Origin: Nitrosopumilus sp.
GTDB lineage: Archaea; Thermoproteota; Nitrososphaeria; Nitrososphaerales; Nitrosopumilaceae
Direction of reading: 5' to 3'
Length of the DNA: 64,000 bases
Assembly (NCBI GenBank): GCA_963662625.1
Contig: OY759726.1
Location: forward strand, 1,794,699 to 1,858,698
The position numbers were made by a program, and so were the translations under genes. The notes under the pieces are model-generated. The model did not search any database, was not told the DNA's origin, and saw only the letters and a list, made by a program, of their open reading frames with translations. Shown in pieces: positions 38,193-48,005 of this stretch; position 1 is the first letter of the stretch; every line of letters begins with the position of its first letter.

Positions 38193-39438
38193 CAGTTAAG
38201 CGAAATGTACCCGATCCTGCCCCCTCATGGCGGGGGCTTGGGCTCCAGTATCCGGGCCGACTCCAACTGGTAGGCGAACGCCCGCTGGGTCATCACGCCG
38301 TTCCTGCAACCCCTTCCAGAAAGGACGGCCCGCACCACCACCCACTCGTTGTACGCCAGCAGCGAGTAGTAGAAGCACAGCATGCGGGCCCCCTCGTCGG
38401 CGACCCTGGTCTTGGCCCTCATGGACTCTATAACCCTGTACGACGTCTCGATGCCCCACCTGCGCGGGTACCCCCTTGCGCTGGCTGCGGGGCGGTTGGT
38501 CGCAAACCCGATGTACCGCTCCTCGGGGACGGAGGGATCGTCGCACTTCTTCCTCTCCTCGATCTTGATGTGGTACCCCGCGGAGTTCCGCCCCTCGATC
38601 GTCACCGGGGACACGCCGGGCCTGGCGTTGCGCGCGAACTCCCGCAGCGCGGCCACCACGTTGCCGGTGTTCCTGCACGGCATGAGGTACCCGACGCGGG
38701 CCCTGTCCAGCGCCCTGATCGTCTCCACCGTGAAGAACTCCCTGTCCAGCAGGACGAGGCCGGGCCCGATTCCGGCGTCCCGTACCGACCGCAGCGCCTT
38801 TTCGACGAAACCAGGCACGGAATCGAACATGTTCACGCGGTACGCGCCCAAAACCAGCGGGTACCTGCCCCCGACGCACTGGACCGTGATGTACCTCTCG
38901 AACAGCTTGGTCCCGTTCTTGCTCCTGGAGCGGGTCAGCCCGGGCCCCGGCGCGGAATCGTAGCGCGGTATCAGGTGCATGTCGATGGCGATGGAGGGCT
39001 TGCGGGGCAGCCTTCCGGCCTTTTTGAGCGCGGCCGCCTGCCTCCCCACGGCGCCGCCGAGGGCATCCTGGATCCCGGCGCCGCCTGCCCCCCTGAGCGC
39101 CGAGGCGAACCACCTGTCCGAGGGGGCCGCCCTGCCGTGCACGGCCTTGGCCGCGTTGGCGCACCCCCCGACCGACGAGTCCCGGAGCGCGGCCCCAAGC
39201 ATGCCCCGGTTGAGGGCGTCCACTCCGAACACGGCGTTGCGGCCCGCTGGCCGCATGAGCGGGGCCAGGAACCCGCGCATGCCGGAGACGACACCCTGAT
39301 ATAGGCGGGGGTCGTTCACCATGTCGCGGCCCTGGCGGGTCTTGTTTCGAGACAATTCAAGTCTTGTCGGGGCCCATCCCCTGTTGATCTGTTTGGAATT
39401 GCGAGAGTTGACTATTTGGTCTACTTTTCGCTTAACTG
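38193..39438 (-). mobile_element. Complete ISH3-like insertion sequence (1246 bp)
   Basis: Terminal inverted repeats CAGTTAAGCGAAA(T/A)GTA; 5-bp target duplication GGCCC at 38188-38192 and 39439-39443. Confidence 0.93.
38225..39322 (-). CDS. DDE transposase (ISH3/IS4-like)
   Basis: AIDMH, LLDREFF and Y..RWGIETSYR motifs. Confidence 0.93.
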   Translation of the reverse strand: MVNDPRLYQGVVSGMRGFLAPLMRPAGRNAVFGVDALNRGMLGAALRDSSVGGCANAAKAVHGRAAPSDRWFASALRGAGGAGIQDALGGAVGRQAAALKKAGRLPRKPSIAIDMHLIPRYDSAPGPGLTRSRSKNGTKLFERYITVQCVGGRYPLVLGAYRVNMFDSVPGFVEKALRSVRDAGIGPGLVLLDREFFTVETIRALDRARVGYLMPCRNTGNVVAALREFARNARPGVSPVTIEGRNSAGYHIKIEERKKCDDPSVPEERYIGFATNRPAASARGYPRRWGIETSYRVIESMRAKTRVADEGARMLCFYYSLLAYNEWVVVRAVLSGRGCRNGVMTQRAFAYQLESARILEPKPPP

Positions 39439-39493
39439 GGCCCGGGGGAAGCTTTGAATTGCCGCGCGGCCACCTCACTGGCGGGTGGCCAGG

Positions 39494-39745
39494 GTGGAGG
39501 TGAAAAACGGCGTCGCGTTCCTGCTTGGCGTGACCGCCCTGGTGCTGGGGGCGTTCATCGTCACCTTCGACTACCCGCAGATACTGTACTTTGAGCGGAT
39601 GCCGCCGGAGTCGTATTACCTGCTCGATCCCGGGCAGAAGGGCGTCCACCAGAGGCTGCTCGTCGAGGGGGCCATAGGGGGCGGGATCGCGGCGGCTGGG
39701 GCCGGGATGGTCGCCCTTTCGCTGGCAAGAAAAGGCTGGCGGTGA
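39494..39745 (+). CDS. Small two-TM membrane protein
   Basis: Two hydrophobic helices around DYPQI. Confidence 0.7.
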   Translation: MEVKNGVAFLLGVTALVLGAFIVTFDYPQILYFERMPPESYYLLDPGQKGVHQRLLVEGAIGGGIAAAGAGMVALSLARKGWR

Positions 39746-39824
39746 GCCCCGCTGCGAGGCTGGCGGGCCCGTCCAGGCGCCCTGCCATCAGTTTAAATAG
39801 CAAGCCCGGGAGTCCCCTGTATGG

Positions 39825-41174
39825 GTGAACGCATTTGGCTCGTCCTGTCCGAAAGTAGTGCCCCTAGATTTATCTGAAAACCAGTTTCAAATATACAACA
39901 AAATCTCAAGGAACTACCGTCACTCGTTCCTGTTCGAGTCGCTCACGGGGCCCGAGGCGCTGGCCGAGACCTCGGTGATGGGCTTTGACCCGAGGGCCGT
40001 GGTCAGGGGGTACTACGACAGGGTCGAGATCACCGAGGGCGGCAGCACCAGGACAGTCCGGACCTCGGAGCCATTCGAGGAGCTGAGGGGGATCATGAGG
40101 CGCAGCGACGGGCGGGAGTACAGGTACCTCGGGGGCGCCGTGGGCGTCATAAACTACGACGCGGTGCGGGTGGTCGAGGACATACCCGACAGGCACCCGG
40201 CGCCGCAGCCGATCATGGAGTTCGGCATATACGACGACGGCATACTGTACGACAACCTGAAGGGCAGGCCGTTCTACTTTTACTACGACGAGGACAGGTT
40301 CGACAGGATCCGCATGGACGGCGGCGCGTTCGGGGAGTTCCGCGCCGAGGGCATAGCCCCGGAGACCGGCGGCGCGGATTTCGCGCGGGCGGTGGACGCC
40401 GCCAAGAGGTACATCCGCGACGGGGACGTGTTCCAGGTGGTCCTGTCAAGGAGGTTCAGGTTCGGGGCCAGGGGCGACGTCCTGGCCATGTACAGGGCGC
40501 TCAGGGACCTTAACCCGTCGCCGTACATGTACCACCTGAAGCACGGCGACAGGACCATAGTCGGCGCGTCGCCGGAGATGCTGGTCAGGGTCACCGGCGA
40601 CAGGGTGGAGACGTTCCCCATCGCGGGCACCCGGAGGATCACCGGGGACGAGGAGGAGGACTGGCGGCTCGCCGGCGAGCTGCTCGGGGACGAGAAGGAG
40701 CTCGCGGAGCACACCATGCTGGTCGACCTGGGCAGGAACGACATAGGCCGGGTCTGCAGGTACGGCACCGTCCGCCCGGAGTCCCTTATGCAGATAAGGA
40801 GGTTCAGCCACGTCCAGCACATCGTGACCCACGTGGCCGGCAGGCTGGATCCGGGCAAGGACATGTTCGACGCGTTCAAGGCGGTGTTCCCGGCGGGAAC
40901 CGTCTCCGGCGCGCCGAAGGTGAGGGCGATGGAGATAATCGACGAGCTGGAGTCCTGCGCCAGGGGCCCCTACGCGGGCGCCGTGGGGTACTTTGCGTAC
41001 AACGGGTGCTGCGACTTTGCCATAGCCATCAGGAGCATCTTCATAGACGGCGACAGGGGGTTCGTGCAGTCGGGGGCCGGCGTCGTCTCTGACTCGGTGC
41101 CGGAGAACGAGCTCCTGGAGACGGAGCAGAAGGCCGGCGCGATGCTGCAGGCGCTGAGGGAGGCATCGGCGTGA
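39825..41174 (+). CDS. trpE: Anthranilate synthase component I
   Basis: LFES, NPSPYM, KELAEHTMLVDLGRND and PAGTVSGAPK motifs. Confidence 0.96.
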   Translation: MNAFGSSCPKVVPLDLSENQFQIYNKISRNYRHSFLFESLTGPEALAETSVMGFDPRAVVRGYYDRVEITEGGSTRTVRTSEPFEELRGIMRRSDGREYRYLGGAVGVINYDAVRVVEDIPDRHPAPQPIMEFGIYDDGILYDNLKGRPFYFYYDEDRFDRIRMDGGAFGEFRAEGIAPETGGADFARAVDAAKRYIRDGDVFQVVLSRRFRFGARGDVLAMYRALRDLNPSPYMYHLKHGDRTIVGASPEMLVRVTGDRVETFPIAGTRRITGDEEEDWRLAGELLGDEKELAEHTMLVDLGRNDIGRVCRYGTVRPESLMQIRRFSHVQHIVTHVAGRLDPGKDMFDAFKAVFPAGTVSGAPKVRAMEIIDELESCARGPYAGAVGYFAYNGCCDFAIAIRSIFIDGDRGFVQSGAGVVSDSVPENELLETEQKAGAMLQALREASA

Positions 41175-41764
41175 GGTTCCTGATCATAGACAACTACGAC
41201 TCGTTCGTGTACAACATAGCGCAGTACCTGGGCGAGCTGGGGGTGGACTCGGACGTGGTCCGCAACGACAGGATCTCGGTGCCCCAGGCAAGGCGGGGCG
41301 GCTACGACGCGATAGTCATATCGCCGGGCCCGGGGACCCCCGACGACAGGAAGTACTTCGGCGTGTGCGGCGACGTCATCAGGGAGCTGGGCCCCACCAC
41401 CCCCATCCTCGGGATCTGCCTCGGGCACCAGGGGATCATCTCGGCGTTCGGGGGGAGGGTGGCAAACGCCGGGCGCGTGAGGCACGGGAAGACCAGCCCC
41501 GTGAGGCACTCGGGTTCGGGGCTGTTCAGGGGCGTGAAGAACCCGTTCAGGGCCACCAGGTACCACAGCCTGGCCGGGGACAGGGCGTCGATCCCAGACA
41601 GCATCAGGGTCACCGCCACCGCGGAGGACGACGGCGAGGTGATGGCGGTGAGCCACAGGGACTACCCGATCGAGGGGGTCCAGTTCCACCCGGAGTCGAT
41701 CATGACCGAGGACGGCAAGGCGATCCTGGCCAACTTCATAGCGCAGGTGGGCGGCAGGGGATGA
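41171..41764 (+). CDS. trpG: Anthranilate synthase component II
   Basis: IDNYDSF, GICLGHQ and QFHPES motifs. Confidence 0.96.
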   Translation: MRFLIIDNYDSFVYNIAQYLGELGVDSDVVRNDRISVPQARRGGYDAIVISPGPGTPDDRKYFGVCGDVIRELGPTTPILGICLGHQGIISAFGGRVANAGRVRHGKTSPVRHSGSGLFRGVKNPFRATRYHSLAGDRASIPDSIRVTATAEDDGEVMAVSHRDYPIEGVQFHPESIMTEDGKAILANFIAQVGGRG

Positions 41765-42801
41765 TCGAGGAGATCACCGCGAAGCTCGCCAGGGGGGAGG
41801 ACCTGGGCCGCGGCGACGTGGGCGCCGCGATGGCAGGGATGCTCTCGGGGGACCTCCCGGACCCGGAGAGCGCGGAGTTCCTGTCCAGGCTGGCAGGCAA
41901 GGGGGAGACCGACGACGAGCTGCTCTGGATGCTCGACGGGATGCGCGGGTTCGCCGTGGGGGTGGAGCCGGCGTCCCGGGAAACCCTGATCGACATGTGC
42001 GGCACGGGCGGCGACGGCCTCGGCACGTTCAACGTGTCCACCGCCGCCTCGTTCGTGGCGGCGGCCGCGGGCGCCAGGGTGGCAAAGCACGGGAACCGCT
42101 CCAGTTCCGGCGCGTCGGGCAGCGCGGACGTCTTCGAGTACCTCGGGTACGACCTGGGGCAGGGGCCGGAGGAGGTCGCAGGGGTGCTCGAGAGGCACGG
42201 CATTGCGTTTATGTTTGCCCAGAGGTTCCACCCTGCAATGAGGCACGTGGCGGCGGCGAGGAGGCTCCTGCCGGGGAGGACGGCGTTCAACCTGCTCGGG
42301 CCGCTGTCGAACCCCGCGGGCGTGAAAAACCAGGTGGTGGGCGTGTACTCGGCCGGGATGCTCGAGAGGATCCCCCGCATCCTGGAGCGGAACGGGTCCC
42401 GCAACGTCATGGCAGTCATGTCCGGCGACGGGATGGACGAGTTCTCCACCAGCGCGGCCAACAGGGTGTGCGTCGTGCGGGACGGCAGGGCCTCGGCGTT
42501 CACCGTGACCCCCGAGGAGGTGGGGCTGCGCAGGTCCGCGCTGGCAGACCTCCAGGTGGGGTCAAGGGAGGACGCGATGTCGGCGTTCGTCGGGGCGGTG
42601 GGGGGCACCGCGCGCAGGGCCATGGTCGAGACCGCGGCGCTCAACGCGGCGGGCGGCCTGGTGGTGGCCGGGGCCGCCGACGGCCTCGGCGACGGCGTGG
42701 AGATGGCGCTCGAGGCGATCAACGGCGGGGGGGCGTCCAGGCTGCTGGAGGAGTTCGTCTCGGACACGGGGGACGCCGAAAGGCTGGCGGGGGCGGCATG
42801 A
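41761..42801 (+). CDS. trpD: Anthranilate phosphoribosyltransferase
   Basis: CGTGGDG, AKHGNR and FNLLGPLSNP motifs. Confidence 0.96.
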   Translation: MIEEITAKLARGEDLGRGDVGAAMAGMLSGDLPDPESAEFLSRLAGKGETDDELLWMLDGMRGFAVGVEPASRETLIDMCGTGGDGLGTFNVSTAASFVAAAAGARVAKHGNRSSSGASGSADVFEYLGYDLGQGPEEVAGVLERHGIAFMFAQRFHPAMRHVAAARRLLPGRTAFNLLGPLSNPAGVKNQVVGVYSAGMLERIPRILERNGSRNVMAVMSGDGMDEFSTSAANRVCVVRDGRASAFTVTPEEVGLRRSALADLQVGSREDAMSAFVGAVGGTARRAMVETAALNAAGGLVVAGAADGLGDGVEMALEAINGGGASRLLEEFVSDTGDAERLAGAA

Positions 42802-43577
42802 TGGCGCGGAACGTGCTGGAAAGGCTGGTCAACAACTCGCTGGCGGCGGTGGGCGACGGCGTCTACGACGTCGACTGCGCGCTGCAAAAGTCCCCGACTG
42901 ACCTCATGCAGGCGATCAGGACAAACCCGCACGCCACGCTCATCACCGAGATAAAGTTCTCCTCGCCCTCGCTGGGCAAGATCCGCACGCCCGCCGATCC
43001 CGGCGGCATCGCGAGGGACATGATCGCGGGGGGCGCCAGGGCGCTGTCCGTCCTGACCCAGCCCAACCTGTTCCACGGCAGCCCCGAGCACCTCATCAGG
43101 GTGAGGCAGGCGGTGGACGCGCCGCTGCTGATGAAGGACGTCATGGTGGACCGCGCCCAGGTCGACGCGGCCGCGAAGATGGGGGCGGACTACATCCTGG
43201 CAATCCAGTCGCTGTACGACGGGGGCTACCTGAAGGACATCGACGAGTTCATAGCGTACGGGCACAGGAGGGGCCTCATGGTTCTGCTGGAGGCGCACAC
43301 CAGGGAGGAGTTCCGGAACGCGCTGGGGACGGAGGCGGACCTGATCGGGATCAACAACCGCGACCTGGACACGCTCGAGATCGACCTGGGGACCACCGGG
43401 GCGGTGCTGGAGGGGCACGAGAAGACGAGGCCCGTCCTGTCCGAAAGCGGCGTGGAGACGCCCGGGGACGTCAGGTACCTGAGGGAATGCGGGGCCGACG
43501 CGTTCCTGATCGGCTCCAGCATCATGAAGAGTAATAACGTGGAGGCGCGGGTAAGGGAGATGGTGAACGCGTTTTGA
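42798..43577 (+). CDS. trpC: Indole-3-glycerol phosphate synthase
   Basis: [20 protein letters not shown] and SESG motifs. Confidence 0.95.
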   Translation: MMARNVLERLVNNSLAAVGDGVYDVDCALQKSPTDLMQAIRTNPHATLITEIKFSSPSLGKIRTPADPGGIARDMIAGGARALSVLTQPNLFHGSPEHLIRVRQAVDAPLLMKDVMVDRAQVDAAAKMGADYILAIQSLYDGGYLKDIDEFIAYGHRRGLMVLLEAHTREEFRNALGTEADLIGINNRDLDTLEIDLGTTGAVLEGHEKTRPVLSESGVETPGDVRYLRECGADAFLIGSSIMKSNNVEARVREMVNAF

Positions 43578-44761
43578 GGTACCCGAGGGACGGAAAGTTC
43601 GGGGAGTTCGGCGGAAGGTACATCCCCGAGACGCTGGTCCCCGCCATAGAGGAGCTCGAGGAGAACTACCTCAGGTTCAGGGGCGACGGGAAGTTCAAGG
43701 AAGAGCTCGCCCACTACCTCAAGACCTACGCCGGCCGGCCCACGCCGCTCTACTACGCGGGGAACCTGACAGAGGAGGTCGGCGGGGCGAGGATATACCT
43801 CAAGCGGGAGGACCTGCTGCACGGCGGGGCCCACAAGATAAACAACACGCTGGGGCAGGCGCTCCTGGCAAGGAAGATGGGGAAGGGCAGGATAATAGCC
43901 GAGACGGGCGCGGGGCAGCACGGCGTGGCCACGGCCATGGCCTGCTCGGCGCTAGGCATGAGGGCCGAGGTATACATGGGGTACAGGGACACCGTCAGGC
44001 AGAAGCTGAACGTGTTCAGGATGAACATGCTGGGATCCAGGGTGAACCCGGTGAGGTCGGGCTCCATGACGCTCAAGGACGCGATAAACGAGGCCATACG
44101 CGACTGGATAACGAACGTCGGGGACACGTACTACCTGCTCGGCTCCGCGGTGGGGCCGCACCCGTACCCGGTGATGGTGAGGGACTTTCAGAGCGTGATA
44201 GGCAGGGAGATAAAGTCGCAGATGGCCAGGATCGGGAGGGCCCCCGACGGGGTGATCGCGTGCGTCGGGGGCGGCTCCAACGCGATCGGCACGTTCCACC
44301 CGCTGGCCGGCACGGACGCCGAGATGATCGGCGTGGAGGCGGCCGGGGGCGGGCTCGGGTCGGGGCGGCACTCCGCGACGCTGTCAGCCGGGAGCAGGGG
44401 CGTCCTGCACGGCATGATGACGTACCTCCTCCAGGACGCGGAGGGGCAGGTCACCGAGACGCACAGCGTCTCCGCCGGGCTTGACTACCCGGGCGTGGGC
44501 CCGGAGCACGCGTACCTCAAGGAGAGCGGGCGCGTGTCGTACCGCTCCGCCACCGACGCGGAGGCGGTGGACGCGTTCCTGCTGCTGGCAAGGACGGAGG
44601 GGATAATCCCCGCGCTGGAGTCGTCGCACGCGGTAGCGGAGGCGGTGAAGGTCGCGGGGAGGTACAGGAGATCCGAGTCCGTGGTGGTGACGCTGTCGGG
44701 GCGCGGGGACAAGGACGTGGAGGTGGTGCAGGGGTACATGGACGGAAATGTCGGCGATTGA
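43574..44761 (+). CDS. trpB: Tryptophan synthase beta chain
   Basis: [16 protein letters not shown] and LSGRGDKD motifs. Confidence 0.97.
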   Translation: MRYPRDGKFGEFGGRYIPETLVPAIEELEENYLRFRGDGKFKEELAHYLKTYAGRPTPLYYAGNLTEEVGGARIYLKREDLLHGGAHKINNTLGQALLARKMGKGRIIAETGAGQHGVATAMACSALGMRAEVYMGYRDTVRQKLNVFRMNMLGSRVNPVRSGSMTLKDAINEAIRDWITNVGDTYYLLGSAVGPHPYPVMVRDFQSVIGREIKSQMARIGRAPDGVIACVGGGSNAIGTFHPLAGTDAEMIGVEAAGGGLGSGRHSATLSAGSRGVLHGMMTYLLQDAEGQVTETHSVSAGLDYPGVGPEHAYLKESGRVSYRSATDAEAVDAFLLLARTEGIIPALESSHAVAEAVKVAGRYRRSESVVVTLSGRGDKDVEVVQGYMDGNVGD

Positions 44762-45548
44762 GCGCAAGTTCGCGGAGCTTGCGGGCAGGAACCAGAGGGC
44801 GCTCGTCGCGTACGTCATGGCGGGGTACCCCGACGAGAAGGCCACGCTTGCTGCCGTGCGCGGCCTGGCAAGGGGCGGGGCGGACATCATAGAGCTGGGC
44901 TTCCCGTTCTCCGACCCCCTAGCGGACGGGCCCGTCATCCAGAACGCGGGTACCGTGGCGCTGGAGCGCGGGGCCAGCGCCAAGAGGTTCTTCGCCATGG
45001 TCAGGAGGATCAGGAAGGAGACGGACATACCGCTGGTCCTGATGACGTACACCAACGTCCTGTACCGCAGGGGCTACGGGGAGTTCGTCGGGGAGGCCAG
45101 GAGGGCCGGGATCGACGGCATCATACTCCCCGACATGTCGATCGAGGAGTCGGCGGAGTACCTGGAGGCCGCGGGCGGCGCGGTGGACACGATATTTCTC
45201 GCGTCCCCCAACACCAGCGGGGCCAGGATGAAGAGGATAGCCGGGGCGTCAAGCGGGTTCCTGTACCTGGTCGCGGTGTACGGGACCACGGGCGCCGAGT
45301 CCGGGATCAAGGACTACGCCATCAGGGCCGTCAGGGAGGCAAAGAGGCACGCCGGGGGCAGGATCCCCGTGGGCGTGGGCTTTGGGGTCTCTACCCCCGA
45401 AGACGTGAGGAGGTACGTGGAGGCGGGCGCGGACGCCGTGATCGTGGGCAGCGCGTTCCTGAGGCTGATCGGGCGGGCGCCCCCCGGCAGGCTGGAGTCG
45501 AGGGTGGCGGCGTTTGCCAGGTCGCTGAAGAAGGAGACCGTCCCCTAG
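44748..45548 (+). CDS. trpA: Tryptophan synthase alpha chain
   Basis: [17 protein letters not shown] motif. Confidence 0.97.
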   Translation: MSAIERKFAELAGRNQRALVAYVMAGYPDEKATLAAVRGLARGGADIIELGFPFSDPLADGPVIQNAGTVALERGASAKRFFAMVRRIRKETDIPLVLMTYTNVLYRRGYGEFVGEARRAGIDGIILPDMSIEESAEYLEAAGGAVDTIFLASPNTSGARMKRIAGASSGFLYLVAVYGTTGAESGIKDYAIRAVREAKRHAGGRIPVGVGFGVSTPEDVRRYVEAGADAVIVGSAFLRLIGRAPPGRLESRVAAFARSLKKETVP

Positions 45549-45755
45549 GCCTCGGGCCAGGCCGGGCGGGGCGCGCCGGATCCCGCCGCGCGCCGGGGCG
45601 GGCCCGGAGCCTCCCGGCTTGCCAGGCCGGCGCGCCTTCTGCCAAGCCGCGAAGTTGGGACACCTAATCTGGGGCGAAGCCGGTAGGATTCAACAAAAAA
45701 CGGGCACGCCAAGACGCATACGAGTGCCAAGAACCCCCCACATGCTCAGTACGAT

Positions 45756-46724
45756 CTAAACTGGATGCCTGACGCCAAATTGCGCAGGCGGCAACGCCTG
45801 CGGCTCCGGCCGCAGCTGTTTCATAAACGCATTTCCCAGGTTGTTTTCGATGATTTTAACGGTTCCGTGCTGGAATGTGATTGTCGCCGCATGGAATACG
45901 GACAGAACCAGATCATACAGGACTGGATCATCCTCTAAAGACATCACGTTGAGCCCAAGATCCGCCGCCATTTCTTTGTCAATATGCCTAGAATGGCTTT
46001 TGAAACGATCGTGATCTGCCAGCGAGTTTGCGGTTTTAGCAGCCTTCTCTTTGGCATCTGGCTTTTCTTGGTACATGTACTGCCCCAACCACGTAGACAC
46101 GAGGCTTTTTGACAGTTCTTGTGCACGGTGGCACTGTTCTATCAGGCCGGGGTAGTATTGGTTGAGAATGGGGATGTACGCCCCAAGGTTTTCTGGTGAC
46201 GTTGCAGAAATTTGCTTTGCCTTTTCAAAATTGTCCACGATTGCCTGTGCAGGCTGCATTTGTGCGCCGTACTGGTTCTGTAACACAAGCTGTGGATCTA
46301 TTGGTCCCAAGGACGAATGCTTGGCCATCACAATTTGATCAGCAGAACACGCCAGCATTGTTGCCGCAGACATTGCGGCCTGCGGGATTATTACCCGTAC
46401 ATGTTCGAATTCTTTGCGCATGTAGGAAACTAGATTTTCAGTTACTTCGGCTACCCCACCAGGGCTGTGTAGAATCAGATCTAGCGATGTCTGCTTTAGA
46501 TCTGGCATCACTTCCATGAATCCCTGTATGTCCTCATCGTTGATAGAAGCGTCTTCTACAAACGGAATGTTTCCTTGAGTCCAATTTGACGCGTATAGGA
46601 TTATATCGCGTTTCGTATGATCGTGTAACTTTTTGAGGTATTTTCGCCGCACCACATCAACGCGTGCGGGTGACACATGCGGGGAATTAGACACTTCTTG
46701 GAGGATGTTGCCCCATAACGGCAT
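45756..46724 (-). CDS. SDH family Clp-fold (S49-like) serine proteinase in a low-GC island
   Basis: LILHSPGG, AMSAATM, SLGPIDPQ and SH.RHI motifs; visibly AT-richer than flanks. Confidence 0.88.
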   Translation of the reverse strand: MPLWGNILQEVSNSPHVSPARVDVVRRKYLKKLHDHTKRDIILYASNWTQGNIPFVEDASINDEDIQGFMEVMPDLKQTSLDLILHSPGGVAEVTENLVSYMRKEFEHVRVIIPQAAMSAATMLACSADQIVMAKHSSLGPIDPQLVLQNQYGAQMQPAQAIVDNFEKAKQISATSPENLGAYIPILNQYYPGLIEQCHRAQELSKSLVSTWLGQYMYQEKPDAKEKAAKTANSLADHDRFKSHSRHIDKEMAADLGLNVMSLEDDPVLYDLVLSVFHAATITFQHGTVKIIENNLGNAFMKQLRPEPQALPPAQFGVRHPV

Positions 46725-46912
46725 TAGTAAGACGAATTGGATGCAACTAATATTCTTTTATACCTACGAGTGCCCCACATGCGGTTGTTTCTCTGCATCA
46801 CCTCATCGTATCGTTTCTGGAGATGGATCATGTCATTTACCCCAACCTGCCTAGCAGCCATGTCTTTGATTTTTTGAAGATCCTTTTCATGCTCGGAACT
46901 CATCTGTGGCAC
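46724..46912 (-). CDS. Small hypothetical protein coupled to the protease gene
   Basis: TAATG stop-start overlap; TATAAA upstream. Confidence 0.55.
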   Translation of the reverse strand: MPQMSSEHEKDLQKIKDMAARQVGVNDMIHLQKRYDEVMQRNNRMWGTRRYKRILVASNSSY

Positions 46913-47049
46913 CCAAACCTTTTATATGGTACACAATGTGAATTGCCTGCAACCCGAACATAACATGTCATATGAACCATATGTTAAGAATGCTTCTGAA
47001 GCTATATGAGTGTTTAATAACGCTTCTGGTATTCAATTGTACGGAAAGT

Positions 47050-47967
47050 CGGTCCGCGCCCGGGACGGGCGGGGCCGCCCCGGGAGCAAGGACTGGACCA
47101 GGCTGTCCGGGAGGCACGTCGCGGCCCGGTGCGTCGGGGGCAGGCACCCGCTGGTTTTGGGCGCGTACCGCGTGAACATGCCCGGTTCCGTGCCCGGTTT
47201 CATCGAAAAGGCGCCGCGGCCTGTCCGGGACGCCGGGCCCGGGCCCGGGCCCGGGCCCGTCCTGCCGGGCAGGGAGTCCTTCGCGGCGGGGACGATCAGG
47301 GCGCCGGGCGTGGCCCGCGTCGGGTACCCCGTGCCGTGCAGGAACGCCGGCAGCGCGGTGGCCGCGCTGCGGGAATCCGCGCGCAACTCCAGGCCCGGCG
47401 CGTCCACGGTGGCGGCCGGGGGACGGAACCCCGCGGGGCACCACGTCAAGACGGTGGAGGGGAAGGAGCGCGGCGATCCCTCCGTCCCCGGGGAGCGGCG
47501 CGCCAGGTTTGGGCCAGCCGCCCCGCAGCCAGCGCAAGGGCTTAACTGCTGGCTGTCTCCCACCAAAGGATATCACGTGGGTTTGGGCCAGCCGCCCCGC
47601 AGCCAGCGCAAGGGCTTAACTGCTGGCTGTCTCCCACCAAAGGATATCACGTGGGTTTGGGCCAGCCGCCCCGCAGCCAGCGCAAGGGGGTGCCCGCGCA
47701 GGCGGGGCACCTGGACGCCGTACGGGGCGACAGGGCCCATGGGGGCCAAGACCGGGCCGCCGACGATGGGGCCCGCATGCCGTACCTCTACCGTTCCCTG
47801 CCGGCGTACGACGGGCGGGCGGCAGTGCGGGCCGTCCTTTCTGGAAGGGGCTGCGGGAACGGCGTGATGGCCCAGCGGGCGTTAGCCTGCCAGCTGGAGC
47901 AGGCCCGGATGCTGGAGCCCAAGCCCCCGCCATGAGGGGGCGGGATCTGGCACATTTCGCTCAACTG
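47050..47967 (+). mobile_element. 5'-truncated, decayed copy of the ISH3-like element
   Basis: Collinear with the reverse complement of ~38193-38950, ending in a degenerate IR (ttcgctcaactg); frameshifts. Confidence 0.9.
47506..47688. repeat. Three 35-bp repeats separated by two identical 39-bp inserts (74-bp period)
   Basis: Repeat ggtttgggccagccgccccgcagccagcgcaaggg at 47506, 47580, 47654; insert cttaactgctggctgtctcccaccaaaggatatcacgtg. Confidence 0.95.
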
Positions 47968-48005
47968 GTGATCGGCAAAACACACAAAAGCCGGACGCCC
48001 GTCCC

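Noticed and set aside
47506-47688. Calling this a functional CRISPR array
   Set aside because: Spacers are identical, the repeat is transposase-derived, and there is no leader or cas gene in the window; kept only as a finding
47050-47967. DGR-type adenine mutagenesis between IS copies
   Set aside because: Changes include both A->G and T->C on the same strand, are nearly all transitions, and no reverse transcriptase is present
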